Below, one piece after another: positions 25,333 to 29,526 of a DNA stretch of 29,526 nt. How positions within the stretch are numbered: the first letter of the stretch is position 1; each line of letters begins with the position of its first letter. Made by a program: the position numbers and the translations under genes. Source of the stretch: Hadesarchaea archaeon (GTDB taxonomy: Archaea > Hadarchaeota > Hadarchaeia > Hadarchaeales > Hadarchaeaceae); contig JAUXAS010000004.1 of NCBI GenBank assembly GCA_030619825.1, positions 1 through 29,526 of the forward strand, read 5' to 3'. The notes below the pieces were generated by a model. That model was not told the DNA's origin. It worked only from the letters and a program-made list of their open reading frames with translations, and made no database searches.

Positions 25333-26991
25333 TCAAGATTCAACCACACCTTTCCACACCTTTTTCAGCTTTCTATGGCACGTTTCATCAGGGCTCCAGA
25401 ACTCGACCACATCACTAGGTGAACGGAGCACCCTACCCACCTGCTGGACGAACTCTCGCTCAGCCATATCTTGGTAGTACGCCCAGAAAGCCCTAGGACC
25501 TAGACGGCGCTCCATCCCCTTCAACAGAGGATCCCCGCGCTCCGGGTACGGAAATTTCAGGAGGATGACACTTCCCCTTCCCTTGAGGTCTGCCCCACGA
25601 TCCATCTTGGTCGAAAACTGGGCCCTCCCGAGCTCATAAGCATCCACACTATTTCTCAGCATGTCCTCCCTGAGCTTGGGGGGCAGGTACTTTAGTGAGT
25701 GCACAGGCACGAAGCTGGGAAGCTTGGCCCTGCGCCTCATTTTCGACAGGAGGTCCCAATACCTTCGCCTGAACCCATCGTCGGCCCACCTCCTGTAATT
25801 GACCGTTTCCTCCTGCCCCAGCTTCCTCTGAATGATTTTTCCGGGAAACCTCGTCTCGCCTTCCACAAAAGTCGGCTCTATCCCAAATACTTCCCTTAGA
25901 ACATCCTCGCCCTGGACGGTCGCGCTCATCAGAAGCCACTTGCCGCCCACTGCCTCGAGAATTCGCTGGAGAACTATTTTTGGATCAGGGACAAAGTAAA
26001 CTATCCCCTTCTCCACATGTTCCCACTCCGCGTGATCCCTATGCTCCAAGACCGACCTCAGCTTCCAATAAAGAGTTCCAGAGGTTTCATCCATTTCATC
26101 GAGCAGCCCAGCCAGATGGCCCGCCAGCTCTATTGGGTCACCTCTACCATCGAGGACGCCCGACCACATATCATGCAGCGTTTCTCCCTCATCCCCCAGC
26201 TCCTCCCGTTCACCGGAGAGTCTCTCAATTTTCTCTAGAACCCGTTCCATCACCTTTTGCGTGAGGGAAACCTTCACAGCGAGCGAGTCCAGCCATCCAT
26301 CGGCTTCGTCGACAACCGTGAGTGGAACCTCCGGTAGTCTCCCGATGTTAAGCTCGGCCGCCCACTTCGCGGAGTTCATCACGATAGCGTCGGAAAAAAC
26401 ATACGCCCCAAACTGCTTCCAGTACGGACACTCACCCCGCATGCACCAGAGCCAATTCCCCTTTATCCCTTGGTATGGCATTACCTCGGCATTTTTTATC
26501 GAATCCCTCCAACCGCTCGCGAAGATGAATCCCCAGTGAGGGCAATCCTGCAGGGCATCGATCCTGCGCTCCCCGGCCTCCTTGTTGAGGGGTCTCCTGC
26601 AAGGCAGAGTGCTAGCAGCGCATGAAATTTTCCACCCCTTGTCCGCCATGTACATGCAGCGAAAGTTCCCGCGCCCCTTTAGAATGTCTATTTTCGCTGC
26701 CGAGCCATCCGCCCTCATAAAATACTTTTCTTTCTCGTAGCTTGCAACGTACTGGTCCGAGAGCACCTTCGTTGGGACCGAAACAACGCCTTTCCCAAAC
26801 TCGAGGATTGTTCGAAGACCGACCACCGATTTGCCGCTGCCCACGGCTCCCTTAAGGAAGACGATGTCGTTTCCGCGGAAGGCTTCCAAGATTTCCTCGA
26901 TTAAGTCGGTTTGAGTTTTTCCCAATGAGTAGCGTAGCGGCTCTTGTAAGCGATTTTTTATGTCATACAAGCCGAGCTCTAATTTTCCCAT
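25333..26991 (-). CDS. DinG/XPD(Rad3)-like SF2 helicase
   Basis: Q-motif, GAVGSGKS, KGRGNFRC with several Cys (possible Fe-S), VVDEAD, MSAT, KFPYP, QQVGRVLR. Confidence 0.85.
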   Translation of the reverse strand: MGKLELGLYDIKNRLQEPLRYSLGKTQTDLIEEILEAFRGNDIVFLKGAVGSGKSVVGLRTILEFGKGVVSVPTKVLSDQYVASYEKEKYFMRADGSAAKIDILKGRGNFRCMYMADKGWKISCAASTLPCRRPLNKEAGERRIDALQDCPHWGFIFASGWRDSIKNAEVMPYQGIKGNWLWCMRGECPYWKQFGAYVFSDAIVMNSAKWAAELNIGRLPEVPLTVVDEADGWLDSLAVKVSLTQKVMERVLEKIERLSGEREELGDEGETLHDMWSGVLDGRGDPIELAGHLAGLLDEMDETSGTLYWKLRSVLEHRDHAEWEHVEKGIVYFVPDPKIVLQRILEAVGGKWLLMSATVQGEDVLREVFGIEPTFVEGETRFPGKIIQRKLGQEETVNYRRWADDGFRRRYWDLLSKMRRRAKLPSFVPVHSLKYLPPKLREDMLRNSVDAYELGRAQFSTKMDRGADLKGRGSVILLKFPYPERGDPLLKGMERRLGPRAFWAYYQDMAEREFVQQVGRVLRSPSDVVEFWSPDETCHRKLKKVWKGVVES

Positions 26992-26994
26992 TTC

Positions 26995-29526
26995 TTATGC
27001 CCACCTGAACCGTCGGAACAACGCCTCCCGCTCCTTTCGAAGTAGGAGTTCTAGGAACTTGCTAGAGAACTTCTGTTCCTTAGCCAATATCTCCCTCACT
27101 GCTGATGGCGTGACTCCCCGACCAACCAGTGCGAGCGCCGCGAGCTTTCCGTACTGACCGATGAGCTTCGCGCTCTCCTGCAGCTCCCGCCAAGTCGGGC
27201 TTTTCCTCCCCCGCTCCAAGAGCTCGATCGCCCGCCGGACCTCCTCAGCCGGCTCCTCGACCATCCCCAGCATCGTCGACCCACAGCGCGAACACTTCGG
27301 TTCTTCATCGAGTTCGTGAAGTTGGAGCTCCTCCACGTAGCGCTTGCACTGGGTGCACGCAAAGGTACGGGCCTCGCTCAGCAGCCGCGCTTTAGTCGAG
27401 GCTATCGCGAGCAACTTGAGCCGCTCGGGCATCACGGGTTCGAGGGCGAGGTAGCGCTGGCGCCACGCAAAGCTCGACACGGGCGTGGGTTCGGCCCGCT
27501 CCCCCAACGAGATGAGCTCGATTTCACCCCTGCGGATGCGTTCGAGCACCTCGAGCGTACGCTTCAAATCGAGGTCCTTATGCACGACCTCCTTGAATGT
27601 CTCCTCAAATACCGGGGTGCCCTTGAGTGCGCGCATGAGCTTGTCTAAAACAGCGCTCGTGAGCTCGGCCTCTCGCTCGAGCACCCCCATCCGTCGGGCT
27701 ACCTGCGCCAGCCGCCACCGGAAGAACCGGCTCTCCTTGATGATCTCCTGGAGATCTCGCTGGAGGTCCGCGCTTAGCCCGCCGCGCAGAATCTCAATCA
27801 CGCCCTCCGGTTCAAGCGTTTCAGAGCGGAGCAGGATCCGGTAGGAGTCTACGGAGGTCGAGGTCGTCTCCCCGAGCTCGGCCGATGCTTTGTAGGCGAG
27901 CAGTCGGGCGAGCGTTCGGTTGACGAGCGTCCCAAAGCAGGCGTTTACCACGCAAATCTCCTTGGTTTTTTCCACCGTGAGGCGTCGATCCGTGGGCAGG
28001 GGCAGGGCCGCCCCGACCTGCCGGTGGGCGTCGGCGAGCGCGAGCCGCATCGTCCCCTCGTCCGCCCCGTAGCGCTTGGCGAGCTCCGCGGCCGCCTCCT
28101 CGAACTTTTTGCCCGCGCGCACGAGCTCCTCGAGCTGCGCCCGGAGTTTCCCCACCTCCTGGGCCACCGAGTAGGGCACTGGAATCTCCTCGCCTATCCA
28201 GGTCGGGATTGCCCCGAGCGGGTCCTCGTCGGGCTTCACGTATACCTTGTCCTTGAACACCTGCAGGATGCGCCAGAGCTCCCCCCCGATCACGAACTTC
28301 ACCCCGGGCTCGCCGTACTCCGCGACAAAAGACTCATCGAGGACCCCGACCGGTTGGCCCCGTTCATCATCGATCACCAGGTACTGCCGGAGCACGGGGA
28401 TCATCGAGAGGTTCGAAAAATAGTAGTTGAAGACCCGCTCCGTCGATCGAGGGCGGGCAAAATCTTTCCCATCCTCGGAAACCCACACCAGCCGTCGCTC
28501 CAAGCTCTGCGCGAACCCGAGCACCTTGAGCAAGTCCTCCCGCTCGAGATTTCTGAATGGATAAGCGCGTCGGAAGAGCTCGAACGCCTCATCGACGCTC
28601 CCCCTGCGTTGAACCGCCGTGATCGAGACGAGCGCGTGGAGGAGCACGTCGAATGGCTTCTCGGGAACCACCACCGGCTCGAGCTCTCGTTGGTGGGAGC
28701 GGGCGGCGATCACGATTGACTCAATCGCATCGTCGGGGTCCTGGACTAGGATTATCCCCTTGGTCACCCCGCCTATCCGATGGCCGCTACGACCCGCGCG
28801 CTGGAGCAGGCGGGTCACCTGGCGGGGGGAATTATACTGGACGACGAGGTCGATGCGCCCTATGTCGAGCCCGAGCTCCATCGATGAGGTGCAGACGATT
28901 CCCTTGAGCTCGCCCCCCTTGAGCCCCCGCTCGGCCCGGAGCCGGGTGAAGCTAGAAAGTGACCCGTGGTGTACGCTCAGGGGGAATCGAATGTCCCAGA
29001 TGCGGAAGCGGCTCGCCAAGATTTCAGCTGTCGAGCGAGTATTCGTGAAAACTAGCGTGGAGCCGTGGTCCTCGATGAGCTTCCGCATCACGCGCAAACG
29101 GGCGGCGACCGGGGGGTAGGTGTAGAGTTCCGACGCAAGCCGTTCGTCACGCTTGGTCGGTGTTGGGTAAAAAACATCGAGCTTGAGCTCCCGCGCTACA
29201 CTCACGTCGACGACCTCGCACGGCCGCCCAACCCCCACGAGAAACCGCGCGACCTCCTGGGGAGAGCCAATCGTGGCCGAGAGCCCGATGAGCTGGAACT
29301 CACTCCCGCGGAGCTTGCGCAGGCGCTCGAGTGTGAGAGAGAGCTGGGCCCCGCGCTTGTTGTCCGCGAGCTCGTGGACTTCATCAATTATTACCCACCG
29401 CACGCTCCGCAGGTGCTGGCTAAGCCTCCGCCCCATCAGAAAAATTTGTAGCGTCTCGGGGGTCGTGATCAACACATCGGGTGAAATTAGGGCCTGTGCT
29501 CGGCGCTCGCGTGCCTCGGTGTCCCC
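26995..29526 (-). CDS. lhr: Lhr-family ATP-dependent helicase (5' end outside the window)
   Basis: GDT...PDVLITTPETLQ, IIDEVHE, GLSATIG, FTNTR, HHGSLS, TSSMELGLDIG, LLQRAGRSGH, and a C-terminal CxxC...CxxC. The frame is open to the window end. Confidence 0.95.
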   Translation of the reverse strand, partial: GDTEARERRAQALISPDVLITTPETLQIFLMGRRLSQHLRSVRWVIIDEVHELADNKRGAQLSLTLERLRKLRGSEFQLIGLSATIGSPQEVARFLVGVGRPCEVVDVSVARELKLDVFYPTPTKRDERLASELYTYPPVAARLRVMRKLIEDHGSTLVFTNTRSTAEILASRFRIWDIRFPLSVHHGSLSSFTRLRAERGLKGGELKGIVCTSSMELGLDIGRIDLVVQYNSPRQVTRLLQRAGRSGHRIGGVTKGIILVQDPDDAIESIVIAARSHQRELEPVVVPEKPFDVLLHALVSITAVQRRGSVDEAFELFRRAYPFRNLEREDLLKVLGFAQSLERRLVWVSEDGKDFARPRSTERVFNYYFSNLSMIPVLRQYLVIDDERGQPVGVLDESFVAEYGEPGVKFVIGGELWRILQVFKDKVYVKPDEDPLGAIPTWIGEEIPVPYSVAQEVGKLRAQLEELVRAGKKFEEAAAELAKRYGADEGTMRLALADAHRQVGAALPLPTDRRLTVEKTKEICVVNACFGTLVNRTLARLLAYKASAELGETTSTSVDSYRILLRSETLEPEGVIEILRGGLSADLQRDLQEIIKESRFFRWRLAQVARRMGVLEREAELTSAVLDKLMRALKGTPVFEETFKEVVHKDLDLKRTLEVLERIRRGEIELISLGERAEPTPVSSFAWRQRYLALEPVMPERLKLLAIASTKARLLSEARTFACTQCKRYVEELQLHELDEEPKCSRCGSTMLGMVEEPAEEVRRAIELLERGRKSPTWRELQESAKLIGQYGKLAALALVGRGVTPSAVREILAKEQKFSSKFLELLLRKEREALFRRFRWA

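Noticed and set aside
27316..29451. Long plus-strand ORFs opposite lhr (and similar ones opposite the SMC and beta-CASP genes)
   Set aside because: Antisense shadow frames expected in GC-rich coding DNA, with no motifs.

Overview
Archaeal genomic DNA, judged from an Lhr helicase, a DUF996 protein, a short Smc5/6-like ATPase with kleisin and kite partners, TATA-box promoters and GGTG-type RBSs. The taxon cannot be fixed from sequence alone. About 1-18.4 kb is an accessory, defence-like island. It holds seven PD-(D/E)XK-like nuclease genes, a C5 DNA methyltransferase with a divergent Mig-type T/G glycosylase, an EVE/DCD-NucS-like fusion, a beta-CASP nuclease with two Endonuc_Holl paralogues, and three toxin-antitoxin pairs plus a duplicated antitoxin. 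It also holds remnants of an N4/N6 methyltransferase and of DNA ligase. The most unusual element is a three-gene minus-strand unit: C5-MTase, ParB/Srx-domain protein, and a highly diverged prephenate-dehydratase-like (PDT+ACT) protein with a HicB-like tail. About 18.3-29.5 kb is mostly core: an Smc5/6-like (ClsN/arcadin-4 type) operon, a patch of membrane proteins built on a 210-bp repeat, a DinG/XPD-like helicase and a partial Lhr. Four degenerate tRNA-3'-end-like repeats sit in accessory intergenic regions. No complete RNA gene, CRISPR array, integrase or transposase was seen. All family calls come from motif recognition by eye, not from database searches.
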